DNA from: a virus
Virus record (IMG/VR): IMGVR_UViG_3300044712_001218
Location: 1 to 64,000 of that record
Length of the DNA stretch: 64,000 nucleotides
Direction: 5' to 3' (one strand)
The notes under the pieces were generated by a model that was given only the letters and a program-made list of their open reading frames with translations, did no database searches and was not told where the DNA came from. Shown here piece after piece: positions 36,861 through 47,102 of the stretch (within the stretch, counting starts at the first letter, position 1; every line of letters starts with the position of its first letter). The position numbers and the translations under genes were made by a program.

Positions 36861-38615
36861 ATGAAAACTTTACGCTCTATCTGCTTTGCCTTCTTTATCG
36901 CAACCTGCATATATCTTTTATGTGCCTTATTCGTCCATGAATTTGACTTCCGGCTGTGGTCAATTGATACCCAGCTGGCATGTGCTATCCCGATGGCCAT
37001 CTTCGGGTATGTAGCTTATGCCCTTGCTGAAATGTTGCAAACCAATTAAAACCAACTAACACGAAAACACCACCAGTAGAAACAAACCGAAAAACCTTCA
37101 TTATTGAACAGGTTGAATTTTCAGACGAAACAAGTACTATACATTTTGAAGGGAAGGGATTTAACATGAATGAATTATTTGGCGTTCTGTTTCGTGCAAC
37201 ATCTTACGTAAAGAAGGCATTAAAGAAAGAGAAAATGGCCCCACCCCCTCACCCGATCAATTAACCAAATAAATAAACTGAGATGAAAGCAATTATCACA
37301 ACCATCACCTTATGCCTATTGGCGGTACTATTCTGGTATGGATTTTTCGCATTTATAATGTGGAATTTAAATCCAGCAACATGGATAAATGATTCAAGAT
37401 TTGTTTGTGGCTGTCTTATGGCTGTAAGCGTAATCGCTTTGTTGGGAGCGGCTGCATCTGTTTATTCCAGTAACAACTAACCCCTGCCCAATGGCGGGAT
37501 AAAACAAGATAAGAGATGAACGCACCATTTGAACTAAAAGACATTGAAGATGTGAGAATCATCATCAAGGCAAAAGGAAAGCATTATTCCATCATGCCGA
37601 ATAAGGACGTTGTAACTGATGAAATTGGTCGGGCGCAAAGACGATCCTGTTTGCATTTATTAATGGAAAGCCATGTGATTGTAGAACCCTCATTAGAGGA
37701 AATTAAAGGAGAATGAAATGTCCCAACAATCTGAATCCACAAAAGAAATAGCCCGTAAAGCATTTGAGGCTGGAATGCATTGGGAGGCTTGCCCCAATGG
37801 AACAATAATAAATACAGAAACCCATGAGGCAACGCCCATTACTAATTTTGAATTATGGTGGAAATCAATCAATCCTCCCGAAGATAAGCCTAAACGGAGT
37901 AAGGAAGAGATATTGAGCGAAGTAACTCACCTTCACATCGAATTGATTATGGATGGAACAATTGAATATTTCAGTATTCTTGATGTATGTAAAGCAATGG
38001 AAGAATACGCCTCACAATTCAAAGACAGTGGGATTGAACTTCCGAGTGAAATGGAATCTGAAAAGAAATTAGTGGAAATGGCTGATAAAAATAAAATTAA
38101 TTTCTTTTATCCCAGTGATTATGCTTTAGCGTGGAGAAATTGTTTCGATTGGCTCCGTGATCGCATCAAATCCCAAATGAAATGAAAACTCTATATGGTT
38201 CACTTCAACTAGGAGATCGTTTTACTTATGATGGTTCTGGTGATGCATTTGTTGTATATGAAGTTGATGTATTTAACAGATACCGATATTGTAGAAATGA
38301 AAATAATCCAAATGACAAAAGGGCATTGTATGATGGAATAACAGTAAATAAATTATGAAACAATTTAAAGACTATTATGGTTTCGATGAAAAGGATGTGC
38401 GAGCAGTAATACATACCCCTGTACGACAGGCACGTAATGTATATACCGCCGGGCGATCACTTGTAACGTATAAAGCATTAGGTGTAGTAATATATCTATT
38501 TAGCTTTGTGGCTTTTTACAAATCCTTTAACACTCCACAAATGAAATGGATACCGATAGGTTTTGGCTTATGTTGTTTGCTATTTGGTAGTTATTTAATA
38601 ATTAATAAGAAATGA
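36861..38615 (+). CDS. Cluster of small hypothetical/membrane ORFs (36861-37049, 37283-37480, 37516-37716, 37718-38185, 38355-38615)
   Basis: ORF track; several two-helix hydrophobic peptides. Confidence 0.55.
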
Positions 38616-39529
38616 TAAGACAAACTAAACATAGAGGATCAGTATCAGCTATCCTATGTAGTGATATTCATCTACGAGAGGATAAACCAATTTGTCGTAC
38701 TGATGACTATTGGAATGCTCAGTGGAAGAAAATGGATTATATTGGTTATCTTCAAGGTAAATATGATTGCCCTGTACTTTGTGGAGGAGATTTATTTAAC
38801 CATTGGAAACCTTCCCCAATGCTTCTTTCTGAAACAATTAAACATATTCCAAAACAATTCTTTACTGTTTATGGACAACACGATCTTCCTCAGCATAATT
38901 TAGATTTAGCATATAAAAGTGGAATATTTACTTTGTGGATGGGAGGTCATATAGAATTATTAGCTCAAGGACATTGGGGACAGGAAATAGATATAAATAA
39001 ATCCAGTATAACATTAGAAAAAATTCCAATACTTGTGTTGCATATTACTACTTATGTAGGTTCTCTTCCTTTTGAAGCTACTCCAGCTAGCAAAATTCTC
39101 AAAGACTATCCTCAGTACAAACTTATTTTGACAGGAGATAATCATCAACCTTTTGTCACAAGGATACAAGATAGTTATGTTAATGGAGTTGAAAAATTTA
39201 GACTCTTAGTTAATCCCGGTAGTATGATGAGAATGACTGCTGATCAAATCAACCACGATCCACGGGTTTATCTTTGGTATGCTGAAAGTAATACGGTGGA
39301 ACCTATTTATCTTCCTATTGAAGAGGATGTAATAAGCCGGGAGCATATTGATATTCAACAAAAGAGAGATGCCCGTATAGATGCTTTTATTAGTAGTCTT
39401 GATGGTGATTGGAAAGCAACTATGTCTTTTGAAGATAATCTCCAGGTTTTTGAAAAGAAGAATAATGTGGAAAAAGAAGTAATGAATATAATCTATAAAT
39501 CACTTGAAAATGAAAAATCTCAAATCTAA
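38612..39529 (+). CDS. sbcD: SbcD/Mre11 nuclease
   Basis: SDIH, GGDLF, GQHD, GDNH, NPGS. Confidence 0.88.
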   Translation: MIRQTKHRGSVSAILCSDIHLREDKPICRTDDYWNAQWKKMDYIGYLQGKYDCPVLCGGDLFNHWKPSPMLLSETIKHIPKQFFTVYGQHDLPQHNLDLAYKSGIFTLWMGGHIELLAQGHWGQEIDINKSSITLEKIPILVLHITTYVGSLPFEATPASKILKDYPQYKLILTGDNHQPFVTRIQDSYVNGVEKFRLLVNPGSMMRMTADQINHDPRVYLWYAESNTVEPIYLPIEEDVISREHIDIQQKRDARIDAFISSLDGDWKATMSFEDNLQVFEKKNNVEKEVMNIIYKSLENEKSQI

Positions 39530-39694
39530 AACCTTTTTGATGTATGCTTTTATAATATTACTAACTGGAATGTTATATCTTGTTATTAAATATGAATTAC
39601 TAGCAAAGATAATTGCCATAATAGCTGTTCTCTTTGGAGGGGGAATAATATTTTGGGGTCTTGGTGAAATTGATAATGACTAAATATAAATAAT

Positions 39695-39928
39695 ATGACA
39701 GAACAAGAATTACTCAGATTAAAAAAGAAAGTTGAGGATACTAAACAACAAAAATCTCAACTGGAAGGACAGAAGGTAGCTTTAATGAAACAACTCAAAG
39801 ATGATTGGAAAGTGAAATCATTGGAAGAAGCTACTGCCAAAATGAACTCATTAGCTGAAGAAGTAGAGCAGCTAACTAAACAAATTGAAAAGGGTAGTAA
39901 AGAACTAGAAGAAAAATATGAGCTATGA
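39695..39928 (+). CDS. Small coiled-coil protein
   Basis: Heptad pattern; lies between sbcD and the SbcC C-half. Confidence 0.7.
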   Translation: MTEQELLRLKKKVEDTKQQKSQLEGQKVALMKQLKDDWKVKSLEEATAKMNSLAEEVEQLTKQIEKGSKELEEKYEL

Positions 39929-40007
39929 CCTACGATGAATTTGCAATAGCCTGTGCTATTATAGGAGTCCTTCTTCTCATCATAGCTAAAAACATTAAAA
40001 TAAAGAA

Positions 40008-40613
40008 ATGATACCAATACAAGAACTCAGGAATAGATTAGAACGAAGGAAAGGGAAAAAACAACAAATAATTGAAACCCTTTCTATCCTTCGAGCAGAA
40101 CTACAAGCCTTATCTAAGTCATTAGTCTTACATGAAAAGGCAAAAGAAGTAATCAGGGAAGTTGGAATAAAAACCCAACAACAATTGGTTTATCATATCA
40201 GTGATATTACTTCTTTAGCTTTAGATACTATTTTTGATGATCCATATTCTCTAGAAGTAGAGTTTGTTCAGAGGAGGAATAAAAATGAATGTGATCTCCT
40301 TTTTGTCCGTAATGGTGAGCGGATAGATCCCTTGAGTGCATCAGGTGGAGGAGCGGTTGATGTGGCTTCCTTTGCCCTTAGAATAGCCAGTTGGAGTATG
40401 CAGATGCCTCATTCCAGAAATACTATTATACTAGATGAACCTTTGAAATTTCTTAGTATGGATCATCAGGAACAGGCAAGTCAGATGATAAAGGAAATTT
40501 CAAAAAGACTGAATATTCAGTTCATTATAATTACTCATAACGAAGTGCTCGCCAGTTATGCGGATAAGACTTTTACAACCAGTATTAATAACGGTAAAAC
40601 TACAGTAACATGA
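40008..40613 (+). CDS. SbcC/Rad50 C-terminal half
   Basis: Coiled coil, signature ASGGG, Walker B IILDEP, ITH. Confidence 0.88.
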   Translation: MIPIQELRNRLERRKGKKQQIIETLSILRAELQALSKSLVLHEKAKEVIREVGIKTQQQLVYHISDITSLALDTIFDDPYSLEVEFVQRRNKNECDLLFVRNGERIDPLSASGGGAVDVASFALRIASWSMQMPHSRNTIILDEPLKFLSMDHQEQASQMIKEISKRLNIQFIIITHNEVLASYADKTFTTSINNGKTTVT

Positions 40614-41304
40614 AAGTATCAATAGGAGGGCGTACTGAAATTACAGTAGAACCTATGGAATTATTTAAACCTGACGAACTTACAGTAGAGTTTTATTATA
40701 GGCGCGGTACACATTACTTCTTTCGTGGAGAAGGTGAAAAATTAGAAATCACAACACCTGAATTATTACCAAATAAAACTCTTATAAAAGGACATTATTA
40801 TACCATTAAAATTGAATACAAATGAATGAACAAGAATTTAAACCTGAAACAGGACAAACCCATTGGGGAGTAATAATATGGGTAGTTGTTATGATGCTAT
40901 TGTTATTTGCATGGACTAAACGCGATTCTATTGAAAAGCTGTTCCATAGGAATACTACACAAATACAGGATATCACTACAGGAGGAGTAGTTGGGCAAAG
41001 AGTATATATACCAAAAGAAGATATTCCATGTGATTTTAAAATAACAGGTTGTTATAAAATGCTTTATAGTGAAGATAAAGGAGTTTACATTATTAGAAAA
41101 AATGAAGGGTATAAGCAAGGGTTTGATCTCTATAGTTATATGTGTACAGGTAGAGGAACTAAAGATTTATTCTTTTGGTTGCCTGAAGATTATCCTCCAA
41201 ATATGTATTTAGATAGTTGTCAAGCTAAAAATGATTTGAAAAGGTACTTAGATGCAGAATATAAAAAGACACATAAAAATGATTACTTAAAAGAATTTAA
41301 ATGA
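40610..41304 (+). CDS. Two hypothetical proteins (40610-40825; 40822-41304 membrane-anchored)
   Basis: ORF track. Confidence 0.6.
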
Positions 41305-41615
41305 CTCACATAGAACGACTACTCGCAGAACTACAATCAAGAGCCCATCTCAGCACTTATCAGTTAGAGTTAGTAAAGCAATACATGGAATATACGTATG
41401 GTGTAGGATTTGATGAAGCACGACTAACAATAGGTGGGCAAACAAGACGTCCCATACAGCAAATAAAAGATGGAAAAGTAGTAGCTACATATGAAAGTCA
41501 AACAGAAGCTGCCCGTGCTATGGGTTGTAATCAAGCCAGTATTTCAAGAGTTGTTTCAGGGATACGGGAATCTGTAAAAGGATATAAATTCAAGAATGTA
41601 AAACAAAGTGCATAA
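41301..41615 (+). CDS. NUMOD1/IENR1-type HTH protein
   Basis: PIQQIKDGKVVATYESQTEAARAMG....ISRV.SG.R.SVKGYKF. Confidence 0.75.
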   Translation: MTHIERLLAELQSRAHLSTYQLELVKQYMEYTYGVGFDEARLTIGGQTRRPIQQIKDGKVVATYESQTEAARAMGCNQASISRVVSGIRESVKGYKFKNVKQSA

Positions 41616-41654
41616 AAAACCGGGGATAGGAAAACCCTTAAAACCTACCCCCGG
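41613..41654 (-). terminator. Terminator of the late operon at the convergence point
   Basis: Minus strand CCGGGGGTAGG...CCTATCCCCGG followed by TTTTTT. Confidence 0.7.
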
Positions 41655-41694
41655 ATAACCAACTAAACCCTAAACAACAAAAACAGAACAAACA

Positions 41695-42441
41695 CTAATC
41701 AAGATCAGCAATCACGCCTTTCAAAATTTTAAGGACACCAAGAACGACATCCTTTACTGCTTGTTTTAATCCAGTTTTGTTTATGAGCTGAACCAATGTA
41801 TCAATAGCCTCAGCCCCAGCATCATCATAATCACCAGCAACAACTAAATCCATAGCCTGATGAAACTCAGGTTTAAATTCGTCAGGGATATCATCACTGA
41901 CATTATTGTTAATAGCATTTAAGATAAGCCTATACATCAGGTTATCTACTTTGTCTCCAAAACCTTTTTTAAAGGTCCATTTATCCAATAAATTTGCTTG
42001 CCAATCAATATGAGCAGCAAGAAACAGTGGAATTGTGTTTGTTCCCATGATAATAAAATTTAAATTGTTTAAAAACTAAATAGCCTTTTTTAATTGATCA
42101 ATTTCTTCTTTAACAAGCCCTGCCTTTTTAATATCATCCTTTTTATCCACCTCTGCTTGTTTTACCACCTCTACTGCCTGTTTAACTGCTGCCACATCAT
42201 CCTTAAAACAATTAGTTAGGAATTTAGCACTGGCAGCACATATTACGGATACTGCCGCCACAATTGGATTCTTTGATACGGCAGCAATAGCCGAAGTTAC
42301 AGAACCAGCAAACAATAGCCAATCTCCCAATTTTCTAAAGAATTTTGGAGTTGGCTTATAATAAGTATCACTGAATGGTAATCCTACTCGTAAAGTTCCA
42401 TTACCTACAGGAATGCTTCCTTTTTTGATTTTATCAATCAT
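41695..42441 (-). CDS. Two lysis-region proteins (41695-42048 hypothetical; 42076-42441 holin-like)
   Basis: TPKFFRKLG plus two TM helices in the second ORF; adjacent to the endolysin. Confidence 0.6.
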
Positions 42442-42465
42442 TTTGTAATTTTTAATTTGTTTATA

Positions 42466-42927
42466 TTAGACCATTTTCATATAATGACCATTTACACATC
42501 GTAACACTTCTTTCCTATTATGACCTTCCCAATAACTCACATGAACCCAGTCTGGAGAATTATTATCACCATATTCCCATATAAGTTGGTCGAAGGTTAA
42601 ATTATTCTTTATACAATAGAATATATCCTTATTGGAAGGTCCTGCCGGATTATTATCATTGTCAATATCAATTGCAGCCCCTGCATCACAAAGATGCTGA
42701 CTAGTAGGACTTCCCCCTACTACTTTGTTTAACGCATCACATCTAAAAAATGAATTAATCCACAAAGCTTTTCCACCAAGCAATAATCGTAGGGGTTCAA
42801 ATAGATTCATCCCTATCTTATGCATAAAAGCTAATTGCTCCACATTAGGAGTATTTAAAATACCCTTCTTGATGGCAGTTCTGGAGAAAGTTGCTTCTCT
42901 ATAAGTAATATGTTCCGATATATTCAT
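42466..42927 (-). CDS. Endolysin, peptidase M15A-like
   Basis: SFFR...LN..VGGS.TSQH...AAID, DQLIWE, WVHVS. Confidence 0.88.
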   Translation of the reverse strand: MNISEHITYREATFSRTAIKKGILNTPNVEQLAFMHKIGMNLFEPLRLLLGGKALWINSFFRCDALNKVVGGSPTSQHLCDAGAAIDIDNDNNPAGPSNKDIFYCIKNNLTFDQLIWEYGDNNSPDWVHVSYWEGHNRKEVLRCVNGHYMKMV

Positions 42928-43424
42928 TTGAATATCTCCATTATGGTTTTAATAATAGGCTGTATGTTTTGTAACTTATCAGCTACCCATGCTCCTATAA
43001 CTACTAAGGTTAAAAATATCATAATAGCTTTCAGTGGTTTTTGTTTTATGTACTGAATAATAGCAGTGTCCCGCTGAATCTGATCAATTACTTTATCACG
43101 GGCTATTAATTGTTCCGCTTGGCGTTTAAGTAACTGGTCATGTTCTAATACATTTCCATTAGTTTTATCCTGCTTTTTTAACATTTGCCTCATCATCTCT
43201 ACTTCCACATCGTGATTGGAAATCATCTCCGCATGAAAAGCGGTCACTCTTTCCTCCAAAATCCCTTTGGTCTCTTTAATAGATTCTTTGATATTGAGAT
43301 GCTCCTCTTTCTTAATCTCCTTTAAATCATTTAATGCTTCTTTAATATTCCCTACTTCGGTTTGGATGTTTTTAATCGGTTCCTCTTGAGGACACGGAAA
43401 GGAATGCATAGTTTCATCAGCCAT
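42924..43424 (-). CDS. Coiled-coil plus C-terminal TM protein (lysis module)
   Basis: KTNG motif and C-terminal TM helix. Confidence 0.6.
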   Translation of the reverse strand: MADETMHSFPCPQEEPIKNIQTEVGNIKEALNDLKEIKKEEHLNIKESIKETKGILEERVTAFHAEMISNHDVEVEMMRQMLKKQDKTNGNVLEHDQLLKRQAEQLIARDKVIDQIQRDTAIIQYIKQKPLKAIMIFLTLVVIGAWVADKLQNIQPIIKTIMEIFK

Positions 43425-43457
43425 TACTTTAAGTTTTTTAATGGTTAATACTCGTTT

Positions 43458-46400
43458 TTATTGTTTATCATATTTAATTGCTTGACTCTTGGTTACTCCC
43501 GTACTCCATCCTGAATGGATCTCAATCGTAAACGGCCCGGTTATGCTGTATGTTCCTGATGGCGCTTCATAAGCCGGTAATCCGTTTCTGCTTGTCCTTC
43601 CGAAGGTGTGTTGTAGGACTTTCCCTGCTCCTACTCCACTGTATACCTTGACCCAGGCATCCTGATTTGGTTCATCCGGTCCATATCCCCATTCAGCGGT
43701 AACAAATCTGTAATTTACAGTACCTGTTACGTTGATTACTTTTGTGGTGTACCCGTGATTGTTCGGGGGATTCAGAATATAGAACTTGTTATTTCCGGCA
43801 TCATAAACCGTGTCATGATCGGCGGTGTAGGTTTCATCAGTGAATAATGACGGTTTTTTATATGAATCAACCGGAGGGGTAACCTGGGATATTCTATGCC
43901 CCAAAGCATGAGCTTTTGGTGTAAAATTCACCGCACCTGGTTTATATTTCCACACTACGAAATTATCCAACCGGATCCATTCATCGGATTGGGCTGCATA
44001 GTTGTAATTCTCTGAACCACCGTGAAAAAATGACATATTAATCATTTCCACCTTTCCGAAATCCTTACCCCCGTCCCCTGCATGAAATTCCTGTGTCTGG
44101 CTTCTGAATTTAAAATGAGTATATCGTGCTGTTAAAATTCCATTTATGTATACTTCGCATATGGCATCATGGGTACTTGGCTTTCCTACATACCAGTGAT
44201 GAATCACATTTTGCCACACACCAAGCGGGCGGGACCAGTATCCGGAATCAGCCCTTACAAATCCATCCCACCATACATGCCCGGCGTTTCCTTCAATAAA
44301 TGGAATCATATCCTGATTATAGATATAAGCCATTTGATTTGATCCACCTACATCATGAAACCATCCTGCGCGACCCGAAACCGTTACGGTGTCTACTATT
44401 CCACCGGGATAATTCGCTGCAAAATCTATGTTATTCCCTGCGGTAAATCCGGTAGATGCTTTATAGGATGTTGAGCCACCCATCCCGGCCGCAAGGAAGT
44501 TAGGGTCCATATAAACATCAGCCGACATCCAAATATCGGAAGCGGTATCCATAAGACAAACGTCAAAAGCAAAACTATTCCAACAATCCGTTGGCGCATG
44601 GGCGTAACTCTTTATATACCCTCTCCAGACATTCCCGTGTGTCCCACCTGTATTTTCAATTGATAATTGAGAGAAATGGTTATTGGTATAAGCAATTGGC
44701 CATCTTTTCTCTAAACTGTCAGCTGTATTAACAGAGGAGTTTGTCCATCCAGTAAATGTTTCTGCAAATAAATATTCAATAGTATCATTTGCTGGAGGTT
44801 GAGGAGGCGTAACTTCATCCAAAGCTCGGTATACCCGATTATAAGACAATAAATTATTCGCTTTCATTTTACGTGGTTTACTTACAACCTCTCCCCCCGG
44901 CCATGGGTAAGTTTGCCCAGTACCATAATTGTAATCTACGGTTAGATCACTGGATGATAAAGCAGAATTGAAATAGGCAATTTCATCTATTGTACCAATA
45001 AATTTCTGCACATTATTATACATTTGCCCAATCAAATTACTATAAGCCCCAGCTGTAAATTCCGTAGAATAATTGGTTAGAGTTTGTACATCCCCGTTAA
45101 CGCAATATAAAACGGTATTCGTAGTTTGATTATATGATACTGCTATATAATTCCACTGATTTAAAGTAACAGCCATTGTACTAGGTGTAGCATTATTATA
45201 ATTATTCTTACCCAACACTAACTTCCTATTATTATCTATAAATATAGTCATGCAATTATCCTGCCCACCAACAATTCCATTCTGAGTTTGCAGGGTAAGA
45301 TTGGTTGGGTAAATCCATGCACGGACAGTAAAGTTTTCCGCAGCAAATTCAAATACTGAATTATTAGGAACTGTTATACGGCTATTATTAGCTCCATTGA
45401 AAGCATAACCTGTACCAAACATGCCTGTTTGGTTTACAGTGACGCCAGCCCCAGTAGTCCCATTATTACCTGAAGATATTTCTTCAACCGCTACCAATCC
45501 ACTAGATTCATCCAACTTGTAATAAGCCATTGGAGCAGTAAAAGAAGCTATACTTATACGTTCATCTAATACATTAGAATATACTGTACCGCATGTAGCA
45601 TCTGTTACTCTCCGTACGAAGTAAGTTCTTTCTGCAATAGTCCCATAATCATATGTGGTAGAGTTGCTACTATTAATAGTAGTCCACCCTGTAGCTGCCC
45701 CCGGTACAGTGGTTGTGGTAGAGTATTGCCAAGCATAGGTATAAGACCCTGTACCACCGTTAGCAGGGGTTATAGAACGGAAAGCAGGTAAATTAGCTCC
45801 AGATGATACTGTACGACTATCCGCTATCACCCCAGCCTGTAAAGGATCACGTACCGTAATGGTTACTGTATTACTATATGCATAACAATAATTATCATTC
45901 ACCCTACGTCGGTATTCTGTAGTAGTGTATAAAGCAGGTGGATCATATACATTACTGGAAGCCATTGTTGATATCAAAGTCCATGTACCTCCCGGTGGAC
46001 GTGTTTCCCATGCATAAGTTAATCCTCCACTACCCCCTGAAGCATTTACAGTACTAGTTAAAACGGCCGGATTAACTCCATTGCATTGGGTAGCAGAAGT
46101 AGCTATTGTACCCCCTAATAATTCTGTGCGAGCTGTAATTGTAGCTACGTTTGAATAAGCTATTGTAAAAGCATCATATACTTTACGAACAAAATACGTG
46201 GTGGAAGTAATTCCATCAGAAGGATTATATGCCACCCCGGTAGCTCCTGGTATATCTGTCCACACACCTACTCCCGGCTGGGAGCTAGTAGTGGATTTTT
46301 GCCATTGGTAAATATAATAACGACTACCTCCTAATGCACCATATTGATTAGTAAAGTAACCGGGGTCATCATTATAACAAGTTGTATATATACTTTGCCC

Positions 46401-47102
46401 GATAACTCCTCCGGTTAAAACATCACCAGAATTACCACATTCAAAATTATCTATTAACGTATATAAATTATTATTTATGTCTGAAGCCCCATAAGCTACA
46501 ATACCAGCATAAGAATGTGAAGGATAATTTCCCGGAATATCTATATCCGTAACAATACCATCTCCACTAATACTAGCATCTAATATACCATTTCGATAAA
46601 AATATAATACATTCCTTTTTGCCACTAGTTTTACTACATCATTCATAGTCCAAGATAATCCCGTAGCCATAATAAATTTAAAACCATTTATTACTTTAAA
46701 GAAATATGATTTTGTGGAATCACTAGACCAACCATAATAATTCCCACCATTTACTGTATTCATCCTTACAGCCACCCCCATTGCCAGACTACCATATTCT
46801 TTTATATAAGTAACTTGAGCGTATTGATCATCCATTAAATCACCACCACCACCTACATACATCATTGCATTATCTGCGGTACCAGAACAATATAGTGTAT
46901 AAGAACCACCATATGAAGTAATACAAAAATAAAAAGGGCCTCCTGTATAATTATTACTACCATGAGTAACTAAAGTCCAATTTGACCAATTTTCAATACC
47001 CCTTCCAAGAGGACCATACGTATTGAAATTGTCTATGTAGGCCTGTCCATAAGACAGCACCACCATACATACACTAATTAAAGTAAGTGTAAAACGTTTC
47101 AT
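43458..47102 (-). CDS. Large signal-peptide protein: SprB-like repeats, LamG/ConA domain, polysaccharide-lyase-like jelly roll
   Basis: GG.I...YQWQ.S repeats; YYKLDE...WIYP...F.GTIDEIAYFN; located at the tail-fibre position. Confidence 0.7.
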   Translation of the reverse strand: MKRFTLTLISVCMVVLSYGQAYIDNFNTYGPLGRGIENWSNWTLVTHGSNNYTGGPFYFCITSYGGSYTLYCSGTADNAMMYVGGGGDLMDDQYAQVTYIKEYGSLAMGVAVRMNTVNGGNYYGWSSDSTKSYFFKVINGFKFIMATGLSWTMNDVVKLVAKRNVLYFYRNGILDASISGDGIVTDIDIPGNYPSHSYAGIVAYGASDINNNLYTLIDNFECGNSGDVLTGGVIGQSIYTTCYNDDPGYFTNQYGALGGSRYYIYQWQKSTTSSQPGVGVWTDIPGATGVAYNPSDGITSTTYFVRKVYDAFTIAYSNVATITARTELLGGTIATSATQCNGVNPAVLTSTVNASGGSGGLTYAWETRPPGGTWTLISTMASSNVYDPPALYTTTEYRRRVNDNYCYAYSNTVTITVRDPLQAGVIADSRTVSSGANLPAFRSITPANGGTGSYTYAWQYSTTTTVPGAATGWTTINSSNSTTYDYGTIAERTYFVRRVTDATCGTVYSNVLDERISIASFTAPMAYYKLDESSGLVAVEEISSGNNGTTGAGVTVNQTGMFGTGYAFNGANNSRITVPNNSVFEFAAENFTVRAWIYPTNLTLQTQNGIVGGQDNCMTIFIDNNRKLVLGKNNYNNATPSTMAVTLNQWNYIAVSYNQTTNTVLYCVNGDVQTLTNYSTEFTAGAYSNLIGQMYNNVQKFIGTIDEIAYFNSALSSSDLTVDYNYGTGQTYPWPGGEVVSKPRKMKANNLLSYNRVYRALDEVTPPQPPANDTIEYLFAETFTGWTNSSVNTADSLEKRWPIAYTNNHFSQLSIENTGGTHGNVWRGYIKSYAHAPTDCWNSFAFDVCLMDTASDIWMSADVYMDPNFLAAGMGGSTSYKASTGFTAGNNIDFAANYPGGIVDTVTVSGRAGWFHDVGGSNQMAYIYNQDMIPFIEGNAGHVWWDGFVRADSGYWSRPLGVWQNVIHHWYVGKPSTHDAICEVYINGILTARYTHFKFRSQTQEFHAGDGGKDFGKVEMINMSFFHGGSENYNYAAQSDEWIRLDNFVVWKYKPGAVNFTPKAHALGHRISQVTPPVDSYKKPSLFTDETYTADHDTVYDAGNNKFYILNPPNNHGYTTKVINVTGTVNYRFVTAEWGYGPDEPNQDAWVKVYSGVGAGKVLQHTFGRTSRNGLPAYEAPSGTYSITGPFTIEIHSGWSTGVTKSQAIKYDKQ

